A stretch of DNA of 64,000 nt from Eledone cirrhosa (Eukaryota). This document shows, piece by piece, positions 30,989-46,189 of this stretch. Every line of letters starts with the position of its first letter. Position 1 is the first letter of the stretch. The position numbers and the translations under genes are program-made. Below the pieces are notes generated by a model. It saw only the letters and a list, made by a program, of their open reading frames with translations. It was not told the origin of the DNA and did no database searches. The stretch is taken from the NCBI GenBank assembly GCA_964016885.1, contig OZ024742.1, positions 188,108,001 to 188,172,000 of the forward strand, in the 5' to 3' direction.

Positions 30989-31715
30989 CAAAAGTCCTGC
31001 AAATGTTTATAATAATAATTGATCATATACATATTTGAGAAACAATTGATAAAATAGCCCTGAAGTCGCAAAAAAAATATCAACAGAGGAATCTGTTAGT
31101 AATAGAACACCACCTTTAACCTATTTGGCAGGAATCCGTTTGATGAGAGTTCGATTCCTCGCAAGCGCTTCTATACTCTCTATTCCATATCCAGTATTAC
31201 TTTACGTGATTTTCTCAAATCCGCCGAGGTTAAATTTGCCTTTCATTCTTACGGGGGTCTATAAAATAATACACTGGATAATTGCTGACCTTCTGCCAAA
31301 AGTAGAAACGACTATTATGGTACTTTGCATTGGAAGGGACATATTTCACAAAGACGTTAATTTCTTGTTCGCTCAAATATGATATCTTTGACATCAGTGG
31401 AGGTGAGTTCCGTTCTGTTCAATGTGTGACAACTGTATCACCACTGAATACTGTGTGATTATGTACAAATGAGATTAGATCCTCCTAAATAATAGACGCT
31501 GATGGAATTCCCCCCCCCCCCCACACACACACACACAGACAGAAAAAATTGCAATCATCATTTCTATAAATATTCTTCGTCATTTAAATTAGTTCATTCA
31601 CTAAAATTTTATTGATTATGAAAATAAAACTGACCTTGTCACGGATCGATGTTGTGTCTCTGCAACTGTAATCTCCACACATTTTCAACTGGAGCGTTTT
31701 CCATTCTAGGTAATG

Positions 31716-31810
<95 letters not shown>

Positions 31811-31840
31811 CATGAGGATTGCAGCGTCTTCAAGTGCATA

Positions 31841-31880
<40 letters not shown>

Positions 31881-32399
31881 CACATACACACACACCCACA
31901 CACATATATACATATATATATATATATATATACATATATTTAAACAAAATGCCCAACAATATACACACATATACGTGTGTGTTTGTGTGGGCAATTTCTC
32001 TCCTTCTCTAAATTTCCTACTCTTCATTTGCTCACAGTTTATATAGATTCAGTAGTTTAAAAACTGACCAATTTATTGCTTCCGGGATCGATTCGATGGA
32101 CTCTTGCCAAATAAATGAACATTTTGTTAGAAAAGACAGATACTTTTCGCTGTGACATAAAACTGTTTCCTTCAACCTCATATTATTGCATCCACGAATA
32201 ATCATAATAATTTTCACCATCATCATCATTATAATCACTATCATCATCTTGTGTATCAACGTCATCATGTAAATCATCATCATCGACATTTTCAGTATCC
32301 GTCTTCTCAAAATCAACGTTAGTTTTCTCAACAACCACAACAACTGCTACTAAATCCACCACCAAAATTATCACCACTGTTATCACTATTTTTATTCTC

Positions 32400-33070
32400 T
32401 TCGTCATAATGACCACCACTACCACTGCCACCCCCACCACCACCACCACCCCACCACCACCAACAACAACAATAACAACAACAGCAACAACTACCACCAC
32501 CAACAAAAACAACAACCATCACCACCACACCCACCACACCACAACCACCACTACCTTCACAACCACCACTGCAACCACCAATACCACTACCACCACATCC
32601 ACCACCACCACCACCACCATCACCACCACAACCACCACCACAACCACCGCAACCTCCATTACCACCACCACCACCACCACCACCACCACTACAAACACCA
32701 ATGCTACCACGACTACCACCACAACCACCACACCCACCAACACTATCACCACAACCACCACAACCACCGCAACCACCACCAATACCATCACTACCACCAC
32801 CCCACCCACCACCACCGCTACCACAACCACCACCACTATAACCACCACTACCACCATAACCACCACCACCACTACCACCCCACGACAACCACTACTACCA
32901 CCAGCACAACCACCACCTCCACCAACCATCGCCACCAACCACCATCACCACCGCTGTAACCGTCACATCATTTTCATAATCTACCTTGTCATCAGCAGCA
33001 TCGATAGTTTGATCTTCACGGTTTTGATCATGAAAATAACAATCATCATCATCACCACAATCATCACCAT
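32400..33070. repeat. (ACC)n-type trinucleotide low-complexity tract
   Basis: Read directly; produces spurious poly-Thr, poly-Gly and poly-Val ORFs. Confidence 0.92.
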
Positions 33071-33359
33071 ATTTGGTTCTATTTTTGAATATATATGGGA
33101 ACATACAAAAGGTGGAATAGTGGAATGAAATAAATTAAATTTAAAACAAACAAACTTTAGTGATGATTGGTTAATGAATGTTATATTAACAGTAAAACCA
33201 TTGCAAAAAATCAGTACTATTCAAATATGAGTATTGTTCGTTTGAACTTAGGTGATCCCAGGAAAGATATACAACAATGATTTATATAATTTTATAATGA
33301 AACCGTATCTATAACTGTACACAATGTATGCGTACACACACTCACACAGTAAGATAGTC

Positions 33360-33410
<51 letters not shown>

Positions 33411-33440
33411 AATTATATATATATATACATATACATACAT

Positions 33441-33479
<39 letters not shown>

Positions 33480-33592
33480 CATTCTTGATATATATGGATG
33501 AGTGTATGGATGTTTATTTTCTATATTTAAAATATTGCTAATATTCTTAATGCACACCCCACCCCACATACATACACATACACGCACGCACA

Positions 33593-33669
<77 letters not shown>

Positions 33670-33893
33670 TTGTGTGAATCGCTTGAAGCATTGTGAAATA
33701 TGAAAAATATTTTGTTTTAGGAAGCCACTACAATGCAAATGGAGCTATAAATATCGAAGTAACAATAACTGTAAAAGAAAAAAAAACCCATCACCATGAA
33801 AGCAAGTAAATCAGAAAGTTGCCTTGGCTATATTTAATAGTTTTACACACATGTGCACTCACATATATGCACATACACACCACGCACAGAGAG

Positions 33894-33932
<39 letters not shown>

Positions 33933-34034
33933 GTACGTATATATATATATATACACACACACATACACACACACATACACACACACCCACACACCCACAC
34001 ACACACACACACGCACATACACACACACACACAC

Positions 34035-34130
<96 letters not shown>

Positions 34131-35273
34131 AACGTTTGTATATGTATAATAAAGCCAAAACAATGCAGGAACGGACATAGAATAAACAATGCAAATGCAA
34201 AAGATATTGTTGACAATTAGTCTTTTACCTTAGATTTATTTAAATGTTCTTAATTTTCGAGATAATATCTCTTATTCAGAGGGAAGTAAGGCGGTTAAAC
34301 AACTGTTCTAAATAGCTTGCCAAGTCATGCTGACAGGAAATGCTATGGAGTATCTGTTCTATCTCTAATATATATATATAACTGTACACACACATACATA
34401 TTCGAACACACCTTTCACTACATAAACTTACAATCAGGCACACACATACAAACGTCCCACTAAGCACACTCATATTCACGCACACATATGCATATATTAT
34501 ACATCTCACAACTCACACGTTCGAAATTTTAACGTCTTTTCATTTAACTTTAATCTGCTCTTCAAACAAGCAAGTCAATCCATTCAATCTATTAATTCTC
34601 TCATTGTGATACTCCCTTTATAATGTGTTTTTAAACCAGTTACTATTTGGGATTATCAAATTTGCTAAGGTAAGATTCTTTTGTTCTCTTAGCAATCTTG
34701 ATTTTCATTCTAATGCATTGTATGATTTTCGTAATTATTTAAATATTTGTTTCCTATTCAACAATCATTCAAGCAAACTACAACACTCTGTTATATATAC
34801 TAGGAGAAAAACCACCCTTCAGGTGTTTTTCTGCTAGCATGTGTAATGTGCGCGTTGATATTATACGCAAGTATATATGCATGTAGATAGGATACATCAA
34901 ATAAAATCGTAATTGACAATATACACAGTAATTGAACGAAGTCTGCGTTACACAGTCTTATGTAATCAGTAGTGTAATCCATGATACATTAAAAAAGACA
35001 ATATTATATATAAACTGCATTAGGAGATATTTAGTGACGGAAATATATGAATATTTATTTAAGAGATCGCTAACCGGAAGTGTTTACATTTGAACATTTT
35101 AAAGAAGTGAATCTTAACATAAGCAACAGTATTATTTATATTTAATCAATAATAACGAAAGTTAGTTGTTAAATTATGTAATATTCATTATTATTTATTC
35201 AAAGTAACCCAACTTATTTTACAAACGGGATAAAAAAATATTCTGGACGCAAACCTGCACTCCTTACTTTATT

Positions 35274-35320
<47 letters not shown>

Positions 35321-35493
35321 ATACGGGTGAGTGTGTGTGTGTTTAGGTAGACAGTAAGAGAGGCTGTTTTAAATGTACAGCCTCTATATATTATATAATC
35401 ATGTTATACGTATTTGGAAAACGTGAAAATATTTGCATCTGTTTACGACTAAAGTCGATAGATTATTTGAGCAACCAACATTTCTTTCCTGAA

Positions 35494-35526
<33 letters not shown>

Positions 35527-35529
<3 letters not shown>

Positions 35530-35670
35530 CGTTTCTGAATTTGTTTAGCAAGATTCTTTATCTGAAATCGTGTGTTGAAACCGATATTGTTATACTATAA
35601 TAAATTGAAGTGAAAGCAACTGGTGCGTGTGTTTCTTATTGGCAACATGACCCTCCCAAAGTATAACAAT
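35527..35670. mobile_element. Miniature rearranged copy of the 62543-63170 PLE pseudo-LTR terminus
   Basis: 35527-35593 is the reverse complement of 63103-63170; 35597-35670 matches 63038-63111 in sense; flanked by (TA)n. Confidence 0.85.
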
Positions 35671-35728
35671 ATATATATATATAGTGACGAAACATAAGTC
35701 AATTGCATGAACTCATAATCCTTTATTT

Positions 35729-35784
35729 ACTGCTATATTTATTTCGATGATAGCCATTGAATGGCTATGACCTCATCAGGCAGT
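35729..35784 (-). ncRNA. Type-I hammerhead ribozyme motif, well formed
   Basis: Reverse complement ACTGC-CTGATGA-GGTC ATAGCCAT TCA ATGGCTAT CATC-GAAA-TAAATA-TA-GCAGT: 5-bp stem I, 12-position stem II closed by G10.1-C11.1, 2-bp stem III; lies in (TA)n-flanked island 35682-35850. Confidence 0.85.
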
Positions 35785-35850
35785 TAGTCAGTTCTTAGAT
35801 ATGCCAGCTCTGTGTTTATAGTGTTGATGGTATCAGAGCCTTGGGACATA

Positions 35851-35918
<68 letters not shown>

Positions 35919-36018
35919 TGTATATATGTATATATATGTATATATATATATACATATATATGTATGTGTGTGTGTGTCTGTCTGTTTGTGTATGTGTGTG
36001 TGTGTGTCTGTGTGTGCC

Positions 36019-36089
<71 letters not shown>

Positions 36090-36090
<1 letters not shown>

Positions 36091-36272
36091 CTATTAGTGA
36101 AAGTAGAAAATCAACTGCGATCTCGAAAGGCTTTATCTAGGTAACTGTTTGAAACTGTTCGATCTCGCGGTCAATCCTCTTCTTTCACTAATATATCCAG
36201 TCTACATCTTACCATGTATCGAGTTATTCTCTGATCTCTGGTCTTCTCGGTCACACTACTGCAGACTATCAA
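36090..36272 (+). mobile_element. (TA)n-flanked island with imperfect 36-bp inverted repeat
   Basis: TATTAGTGAAAG...CTTTCACTAATA arms; GTATCGAGTT variant of the 3' motif about 55 nt before the TA tract. Confidence 0.5.
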
Positions 36273-36924
36273 TATATATATATATATATATACATATGGA
36301 TTAGTAAACCTTGGTGGAGTCGTAAGGGCACTGCTGGAGAACTGCCTTGATCTAGTTAATGATATCGACCCTATTATTTATCTCTTTATGTCTGGTAGTT
36401 AATTTATCGATCTGTTTTTTGCCAACAGCTATTTTATGAGACATAAACACTGATTCAGACGCAAATGTAAACATCAGCAAACACATACACACACACACAC
36501 ACACACATACCAACACACGCCCACACACACACAGCATTGTGGAATATGTACGGTAGAAATAAAATGAAAACAGTAATACACACACATGAACACCCCAGCC
36601 ATGCACACACTCCCCCTTACACACATACACATACACACACAATACACAATGCACCCGCACACGTACCCGATAAGCGCCTACACATTGATGTACTCAATAT
36701 TGTTAGTTTTGCCCTGCTAGGAATAACTGGGCTATACATTTTAACATTTGATCTCATATTCGAAGGATGCTGATCTCGCGAAATTCTACCATCTGTTTTT
36801 CAAATAATATGTCAATAGAGGAACTTGTTTTAATGTGTTCGAACCATGTCCTTCCTGTAGAATATCTATGATTCCCATTCACGAAAGGGGGCGCGAATTC
36901 AGTGCATTATATCCAGGGGAATAT

Positions 36925-37415
36925 AAATCCCGTCGAGGTTAACTTTGTCTTTCATCCTTACGGGGTCTATAAAATAAAGAACCAGTAATACACTGGGATA
37001 ATTGCTGGCCTTGTGCCAAATGTAGAAACAATTATATCCAGAGGAAACTATGTATACGGTTCTGTTACAAAGTTATCTTTAGTCAGAAAAAGTAATAATC
37101 TATATATGCGTTCGGTTGGAAGTGTTTAAGATGGAGTGGTGTGTATTTTAAAGATAATACAAACATTGTTAATAAATACAATACAATCATGCAATAGTAT
37201 CATGATTTTCATAGGGTATACGTTTAATAAACACAGTGCACTATTTACCGTACAACCCGGGGGATTGGCAATATCGGTAGAGGGCCGGATCTCATGCTTT
37301 GAAGCATCGAGTTACTGCTTTTTACGGTCTGAGTTCAAATCCTGCTGAGGTTAACTTTGCCTTTCATCTTTACAGGGTCGATAAAATAAAGCACCAGTAA
37401 TGCACTGGGATAATT
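36925..37415 (+). mobile_element. Two SINE family B copies (36925-37032 5'-truncated; 37258-37415)
   Basis: Family core present in both; the first has TSD ATTATATCCAG(G/A)GGA. Confidence 0.85.
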
Positions 37416-38337
37416 GTTTACATTGCGCCAAAAGAAGTTACATGCATCAATATTTGTATATGTAGTTCGTATCAATATATAGATCAAGTATATAAAGCTT
37501 GCGTTTGGGTTTTTGTGCAACATTTGGAAATAAAAGCAGGAGGTTCAGCAGAGGATGTGGTAGTATAATATCGAAAACAAAGGATGGAAATCTGGGCAAG
37601 TGTTTAGGTAATTCGAAATAGAACATTCATATTTTAATGTATTTTTAACAATTTTTCAATATTCATTGTTATATGTAGATTTATTGCCAACATCGATTTC
37701 AGAATGTATACATCAACATTTTGTGATGAAATATCATTTAGTCTGAGATAAAATATCACATCGCATCTGAAATAACTCAAGAAATATATGTCATATACTT
37801 ATAGTCATAAAACATATATTTGTTCATCTGTAATTTATGATATATTTTTCTAGATAATAGGATAAAATTAAGTGTTTTATTTTCGTCTCTATTTATCCGA
37901 CAGAAGGTATAAAATGTCATTGTAATATATCAATCTCTACTACTTCCAGTTTTACTTTCTGTATTTCAAAAAGTAAATGTTCTGATTCATGTAATAAATG
38001 ACCGACTTTTCTATCAGTGTACACAACATATTTTTTCGCTTTTGTCTAAACTAAGCAATACACGTTTTTTATCCATTTACTGCTTTCGCTTATTAGAGTA
38101 CGGCCTCCCTGGGGCATCCACTTAAAGAAATATAACTGATAATATCAATCACAGTTTGGTATTAATGTAATCAATATAGTTTTATCAAACTGCTAAGTTA
38201 TGAAACACGTCTACCTCTGTATAGCTTCTGTAGTTTCCGTCTAAAAACATTGATTCACAAGACATTAGACAACCCACGTCTATAGCAAAAGAAATAAGGT
38301 CATGGTTATACAGAGAGAAAGAGAGAGAGAGATAGAG

Positions 38338-38371
<34 letters not shown>

Positions 38372-40319
38372 ATCCTGAAATGACGTGGCTGTGAAGTCAT
38401 TACTTTAACTTTAGAGCCATGCAACTATTTGAAGTTGTATGGAGAAAGGAAAATTTAGCTGACTGTCATTCTATTATCAATTTGTATTTTTATTGGAAGA
38501 TTTCATTTAAATGTCCTCTACTCTGATTATAATATTTCTAGTGCTACGTTTAATGGAAGACTGCAATTATGATGGTGGTAGACAAAACTCTGTAATTAAG
38601 AAGTTCCCATCTCAATCATGAGATCCCGCGTTCGACAACAATATATAACTTTTCATGCAATTGACTTTGTCATTGTATTTGCCATACCCTCGGATCCTCG
38701 TAAGCCTTTTGTGTATGAAAACGTATGAAGGAACATAGAAAGGAATGTATTTCTATTTTGTCCAGACTTGTTTCACGCTGATGCAGTTTGCAAATTACGT
38801 TAAAGTGGCCTTTTATTTCATGAGCGGATCGAAAGATCACCATCGAAACAGACGGATGATATATCATTTATTAGGAAGGATAACGTAAATACTCCAAGCT
38901 AGTAGGCAATCTCTTCAAACAGACAGTTGAAAATAATGATTTTTGCAATAAGAATTTGCCGTGAGTGAAATTGAAATATCCGTAGCATTTATTAAATGGC
39001 TTCATATGTAAATTAATATAATGAATAAATTGTCAAATGAAAAGTTCATTCAGCCTAGAGCATAATGAAGTTTGTTCCGCTAAGGCAATCTTTAAGGATT
39101 TTTGGCACCTCTCAGGAAGTATGTTTACGAAAACGCTTATGATTCCTCTTTTTATTTGCACCTATAAATCGATGGTCCTTCGTATAGGAGAAAAACGCTT
39201 AGAAGGCAATAACATTTATACAAATAACAGTAACCATAGAGAAATTTTAAAAAAAATGCTTTCTTTGTTCGTGTATTCGATAAATATTTTATTTTATTTA
39301 TTTATTCATTTATTACGATTAAAACTTCATGGAACCATTCTTGGCTGGATTTCTTACAAATGGCTTTCCTTTACACGCATCTATCGGCCTTCAGCAACTG
39401 TTTATCATGGAGTGTTGGCAAGCATGTATAATACACTGACACATAGTGGTAAATACTCGCTTTCACCAACCCGCTAACAATAAAAAGGAAAAAAATATGA
39501 AATATATGAATGTGAAGTCACCATATTCTTAACATAAACGTGAACACATGGGAGTTCTTTTTATCAAAGATGACATCAAAGAAACAATATCAAATAATAT
39601 AACTTCAGTAAAACTGAGTGTCTATTTGCTGCTTCGTTGCTGTACAAAGCCATTTCTGATGTTGGCTACTACATAGTTATCTTCACTGCTCTGTTAACCT
39701 TTCCCAAGATTCGAAGAATGTAAAGGGAAATATCAGAAAATCAGCCATCATCTATTCTGGAACACACGTATTATCTCCAATGTTCTCACTTTTTATTCCA
39801 AAGCAGCGCCAAATATATTTTGATGTAAACGTCTAGTGTTATTGTTAAATCAATTATCATGCTATATCTTTCTCAGAAGAGATTTTTTTCTCTTATATTC
39901 CTGTGTATCTTGTGTTTTTCTTCTAAAATAATTTTTCTGTGAAACCGATTTATTTTTATGTGCCGCCTTTATATACACACACCTACGTTATGCCAACCAA
40001 AATTGTAATATATTTTAATGTTTATATGCATTTCATATAATATCATGTAACGTTATATTTAAGTTATGAAATATCATACATTTTAAATATTTATTTCATG
40101 TAATATCGTGCAACTTATTTTATATAATTACTCCTATGTTTTAACAATTGCTGAAATATATTGTCCCGACAACGATGTGGAGATTGTCTCTCCCCATTCA
40201 ACCAACTTTATTTTTTCTTTACATTTTGTTATCTTGTTTCTTCTTTTTTACACTTGTGTCATGAATTAGATATAACATTCTGAAAATGTTTACATTAATA
40301 TAATTTGCTCTGAAGGCAA

Positions 40320-40927
40320 ATATATATCAAATATATAAGAACCTCTGTAATTTATTTACATTATTCTTAACTCTGAAGTCAAGAATCATTCGGTTTCCTA
40401 AATAGAATTTTGTCTACGACTTCAGTTATACCATAATCGTGGTTTTGTTTTTGCTTGCAATTGTTCTCCTTGGTCCACATAATGACGTATTATCTTCGTT
40501 GTTTCCGTTCATTGCCAGATACCGTCTCCCCAAACCACCTAATAGAATATTAGTCTACGACTTCATGTATACCATAAACGTGGTTTTGTCTTTGCGTGGA
40601 ATTGTTTTCACCGCTCCAAATAATTGTTTCTACTTTAGGCACAAGGCCAGCAATTACCCAGTGCATTACTGGTACTTTATTTTATCGACCCCGTAAGGAT
40701 GAAAGGCAAAGTCAACCTCGCAAATAATGACCTATTATCTTCGTTTTTTCCGTTATTTTCCAGGGAACGTTTCCACGAACCAAAGTATCGTCTTCCTGTC
40801 TTCCTTCGGTTGCAACGTTTTTTGAAATATTTACTTCTGCGTTCACAGATTGATTTTTTTAGTTTCAGAAGATCCCGTTAAGTGTGAAAGCAGCGATTCT
40901 TTGGTTAAACTTTAATCTGTTATTTTA

Positions 40928-40932
<5 letters not shown>
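40320..40932 (+). mobile_element. Helitron-related internal fragment with tandem duplication, interrupted by a SINE
   Basis: 40760-40930 matches 29995-30165; 40320-40345 matches 30535-30556; two related units of about 140 bp at 40398-40620. Confidence 0.7.
40624..40720 (-). mobile_element. SINE family B, 5'-truncated, nested
   Basis: Family tail and core; TSD CAAATAAT. Confidence 0.9.
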
Positions 40933-40990
<58 letters not shown>

Positions 40991-42039
40991 TGCGCCAATC
41001 ATTATGAAATGGAATAGTGAAAGATGACTAAATATTGTTCCATTCCATTGATATATTGTAAAATACCTTAGATTCAAGCATTGCTCAAGTTTATCGATTT
41101 ATTTGCGTTAGTATTTTAGGGGGATCCGGGAATTGCATTTCCAAACATCGGGTAAAATTAGCGAATTAACTTATATGAAGTTGAGTATTCAACAATCTCA
41201 GGTACATTTAAAAGAATAACCAGTTCCAATTGACATGACATTATGTGAGAGAGCTGCACCGTATATTTGCACTTACAATTTATCCGATGGACTTCCCAAA
41301 AGTTCCCAAACATCCAAATTGACTGAAGACATTTAACTCGACAAAAATCTATGGTAAAGACACTTGTGCAATATATCATGTAGTTGGATGGGATCAGGTA
41401 CCTAATGATTGTGACGAGCACATCGTAACCACTGAGGCATGCAGACTTCATTAGATATAGAGTTTAAATAAAACACTCTCTAACTCATTATAACACTAAT
41501 ATTTTAGTTTATTCTTGCTGTTGTCTCTTACTACAATTACTGTAGCTATCAGAAACAGATATGCCATCAACAGTACTATTGATGATTTTAGAGGTATGAA
41601 GCCTGTATCATTATTGTGTATGATACTATTGGTACAGGGGTGAGAGGCTGGTATCATCTGGTCTCAAATTCGTTAAAGTAAGGGATAGCCGTGAGGTAAT
41701 TTTCAAGAAACCTACATGTGTTTAAACATATAGACACAAATAAGGATTGTGTTGTATAGTGTTACAGTTTATTAGGTAGAAGATAAAGCTAGTACACCAA
41801 TAGCTATAGATTGGTGTGTAAAATATAACATATAGGCTCCACGTTCAAGATTCGACCATCGAAAGGGTGTAACCATCAACATATGATTTATATACCATAA
41901 TAATATCTACATTCTATAATTAAAGTAGGAAGTATTAGGTCGTATAATGATCTCACTGAACCCATTTGACAACATCTTAGCCATACACACACACACGCAC
42001 ACCCACACACGCAAACACACTCACACACACACACACACA

Positions 42040-42081
<42 letters not shown>

Positions 42082-42170
42082 TACACCACATAACTGAGAT
42101 AAAACGTAATATATTTAATAGTAGGCTAATATCGTATTGCTAGCACTCAGATGAAGTATGTATATATGTG

Positions 42171-42208
<38 letters not shown>

Positions 42209-42791
42209 ATTTAATATATGTATGTATGCAACTTAATATATGTATGTATGTATGCAATGTAATGTAATGTTTGTATGTATATGTATATATATATGTTTGT
42301 GTGTGTGTGTCTTGTGTGTGTGTGTGTGTGTGTATAATCGACATAAACGTATTCCATTTGTATTTACATATAAAATAAGATAATTCCTTTTTTATTAATT
42401 AATTTCCATTGCATCATTGTAGACCTGCGAGGGATCATAAGGAGCATAAATTATTAATCGATAAATCAACATAAGCTATAACTCGATGACATTTCTGAAA
42501 CCAATTACTTTTAGAATAATTTGGTTATCATATATTGCTCAATAACATTTATCAATAAACGTTTTTAATATTATTTCACACAAAGAATCAACTTAAACAT
42601 AAACCTAACCATATAATTGCAAAAATGGTGAATGTTTTAATTCTGTTTGTTAGTTGTGTGTTTTCAACAAAATAGATATTAATTTGAATTTATTAAAAGA
42701 TATTGAATTTTTCACGTGTTCTGTAACGTAGTACTTAATGTAATCTCTTTATCAGCTTATATCATTGTTTATTATATTTCGAATAAAAAAT

Positions 42792-43005
42792 GTGGTGGAT
42801 TGGTAGTATCGGTAGAGAGTCGGAGGCCATGCTTTGAAGTATAGAGTTACGGCCCTTTATAATCTGGTTCAAATGCCGCCGAGATTATCTTTGCCTTTCA
42901 TCCTTACCGGGGCGATAAAATAAAGTACCAGTCACGCACTGGGTCGATTTAATGGAAATTCTCCTTCCCCAAAATTGCTGGCTTTGTGCCAATATAAGAA
43001 ACCAT
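42792..43005 (+). mobile_element. SINE family B, full length
   Basis: Family head, core and tail; TSD of about 21 bp, ATTATATTTCGAATAAAAATG. Confidence 0.9.
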
Positions 43006-43439
43006 TATATTTCGAATAAAAATGCATTTAATCTGTCGCTCTACCGATTCTGCAACTAACTCAACTAATAGTACCAAGAACAAAAGTAATTTAAAAAACC
43101 TCTCACAGGCACACAAATGCACCTGTATATATATTGAGTCGTACAAATTTCAGACTTGACGCCTTAATATATGTTAGTCTATTACTCTATTATGTTTTCA
43201 AGCAGATTTTGCTGGTGTCATGTTGGAGCAACACAAATGACTAGCGTCTTAAATACAGAATCTGACTGTAATAACAGCCGTTCAAAATCGACAAACGGCT
43301 CCTAAGAGACGGTAACGTGAGGACAGATTCGCCTCTAAGGGTCATTTAAACAATATTTTAAACTGTCATCTATTGTGACCGACTGTGACTACATACATTG
43401 CAGGACTATCAGACATTGAGTGTACTCTCCCCTCCTCTC

Positions 43440-43534
<95 letters not shown>

Positions 43535-43626
43535 CATGTATGTATGTATGTATGTATGTATATATGTATGTGTTTGTGCCAAATTCAAAAAGCAAAACAA
43601 TGTGATGATAGAATGGTCGATATTAT

Positions 43627-43805
43627 ATTGGCAGTATTGGTAGAGAGTCGGACGCCATGCTTTCCAGCATAGTTACGTCCCTTTACGATCTGAGTTCAAA
43701 TCCCGCCGAGGTTGACTTTGCCTTTCATCCTTACGGGGTCGATAAAATAAAGTACCAGTAATGCACTTGCAAATTGCTGGCCTTGTGCCTAAAGAAGAAA
43801 CAATG
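43627..43805 (+). mobile_element. SINE family B, young
   Basis: Near-identical to the 8221 copy over the core. Confidence 0.92.
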
Positions 43806-44106
43806 ATATAGTAGAAGAAACAATTATATAGTAGGGAAAACTGTTTTAAATGTTGGGAGTGTAATTCTTCGTTGGAAGACAGAATGGAAGACGGAATATA
43901 AAGAGAGTCAAGAGAGAGTGGATACGTTACAATCATAGGAACATTATCTATCTATGTTTCACAGGAGGAAATCATGTGTCACACATTCTAGACATACATA
44001 CACTCATACATTCATTCATACATACACACATACTCATACATATATGCACACACACACACACATATACATATACATGCATACACACACACACACATACATA
44101 TCAATA

Positions 44107-44452
44107 ATTGTTTCTACTATTGGCACAAGGCCAGAAAATAAACCAGTACATTACTGGTACTTTATTTTATCGACCCCGTAAAGATGAAAGGCAATGCTAA
44201 CCTCGGCGGGATTTGAACTCAGAAGGGCAAGGGCCGTCACTTTATGCGTCAAAGCATGGCGTCCGACCCTCTACCGATATACATACATATAAATAATTGT
44301 TTCTACTATTGGCACAAGGACAGCAATTACCCAGTACAATACCCAGTACATTACTGGTACTTTATTTTATCGACCCCGTAAGGTTGAAAGGCAAAGTTAA
44401 CCTCGGCAGGATTTGAACTCAGAATGGCAAGGGCCGTAACTCTATGCGTCAA
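44107..44452 (-). mobile_element. Two tandem SINE family B copies
   Basis: 44107-44278 and 44296-44452; ACATACATAT(C/A)AATAAT is repeated at 44092 and 44281. Confidence 0.9.
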
Positions 44453-44579
44453 ATATATATACATATAAATACATATAAATAATGCAAACAAATAACAAAG
44501 CGAACGACACACTACAATGAAGAAATATATTATTAGTTTTCTACTTGATGTAGTCGGAAAATGTCGGAAAATATATATA

Positions 44580-44656
44580 CAGTGTGTTCCCCAAAATGTA
44601 TACAAATGTTTATTAGAATGCGGTTGAAGTGTGTATACATTTTTGGGGACACCCTT
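44580..44656. mobile_element. Tc1/mariner-type MITE (about 77 bp)
   Basis: TA-CAGTGTGTTCCCCAAAATGTATACA ... TGTATACATTTTTGGGGACACCCTT-TA: imperfect TIRs of about 25 bp with TA flanks. Confidence 0.75.
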
Positions 44657-46121
44657 TATACATATTTATGCATATATCATTTCTGCCGACTGTGAAGAAT
44701 ACGTTTCGACGAGGAAGTCTAAAAACTATGAAACGTTATTGGGTTCCGCCGATTGCTTGGAAGATCAGGTTCACTGTGGGTTTTTTATTTTGTAATTTTT
44801 CAACATTCTCAATTGAGAAAATTCTAATGCAAATTGAAAACATCATTCTATTTCTATAGGCCCCATGGGTGCTAAAGTAATTAACTGAAATTTAAACCTA
44901 ATTCATTTAGAAATGTAAACGATTTTGATTGTGACAATATAAACCAAGTGAGAATTTATATTTCTGTGTTTACCTAATTTCAATTGATAAAATCCAAATT
45001 AATTATAATCAATACTGATTGAATAGCACAACATTAAAATCATTCTGAACCTATCATTTCTGTCCATCGCTTACACAGAAACAGCAGCCATATCTCCATG
45101 AAATACCACTCCACTGTTATTTAAAAGGTTAGAGCATTTAGATAATGTAGTTCTAGCTAGCCAACGACTGATAAAAAGATTTTCCCAGCGGGAATACATT
45201 TATTCATATCTCTGCCAGATCAAGACTGTCCTCTGAGGAAACAGCAACAATGCAAGATGCCACTAGTAAATCTCCCGCCCGTCTCTCTCTATATATCTAT
45301 ATATTTATTTATCTAAAAAATCAAATCCAGTGCTAAACTTCACATTCTGCCTTACTTTAGTCTGTATTAAATGTCATCGATTTTGCCAAACGTCTGGAAA
45401 TCATCGTCCGTAAGGAGCGGAATACAACGGTATACTGTAATGTGACTGACTGCTTCCTTTTGGTGCCGGTTGTCAATTTTATCGCCGGCGTCATTTCTTG
45501 GCCACCTCACTGCTGTTTTTCTATGCACAATCCAGTTCAGTTAACAATAACAGAAGCCCGCTTTTAAGGGGTGTTAAATAATGTTCATAAAGTACTGTAT
45601 GATTACATCTCGCTGGGGCAAGACATCCGATGAGATATCGGAATAGCTGATACGGCGGGTGTCGCATCATGTACTCCGCGCTAATGACTTCTATTTTTCC
45701 ACCTTCGTTTTGTTTAACTACCATTTACTCTTTCCTTCTTTATTATCTGTTAAATTAAAATGTTTACTCAGCCATATTTTCCCATTATTTGTTCCGTACT
45801 CTTTATCTGTCTCCAACTATTTAGTTTCTCGTTATTTACATACAGATATCTTCATTATCTTTCAAAATGTTTCTTTTTTTTTTACGTGTTTTACTTCTAT
45901 CTGTTTCCATCTATCTTCATTTTCACCAAATTCTCCTGTTCATCTCAATCTATTAATCTTCGTTTAGTATTGCTATCTTCTATGTCTATGTTTTCGGTTC
46001 TCTACTCTCCACCAGTCACATCAGATCAGCAGGTCTATCCGACTTTTCAAAACTTTTAATCTTTCTTCTTTTCTTCTTACATTTCTCACTTATATATTTA
46101 AATATATATATATATATATCG

Positions 46122-46176
<55 letters not shown>

Positions 46177-46189
46177 TCTCTATCTCTCT

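Noticed and set aside
32328-33128. Gly/Cys-rich or mucin-like poly-Thr protein
   Set aside because: Open in several frames on both strands because it is a degenerate (ACC)n tract; no signal peptide or splice support.
44690-44785. Decayed HHR-like GACGAGG..GAAACGTT
   Set aside because: C3-U4 is absent and the stems are poor; cannot be supported.
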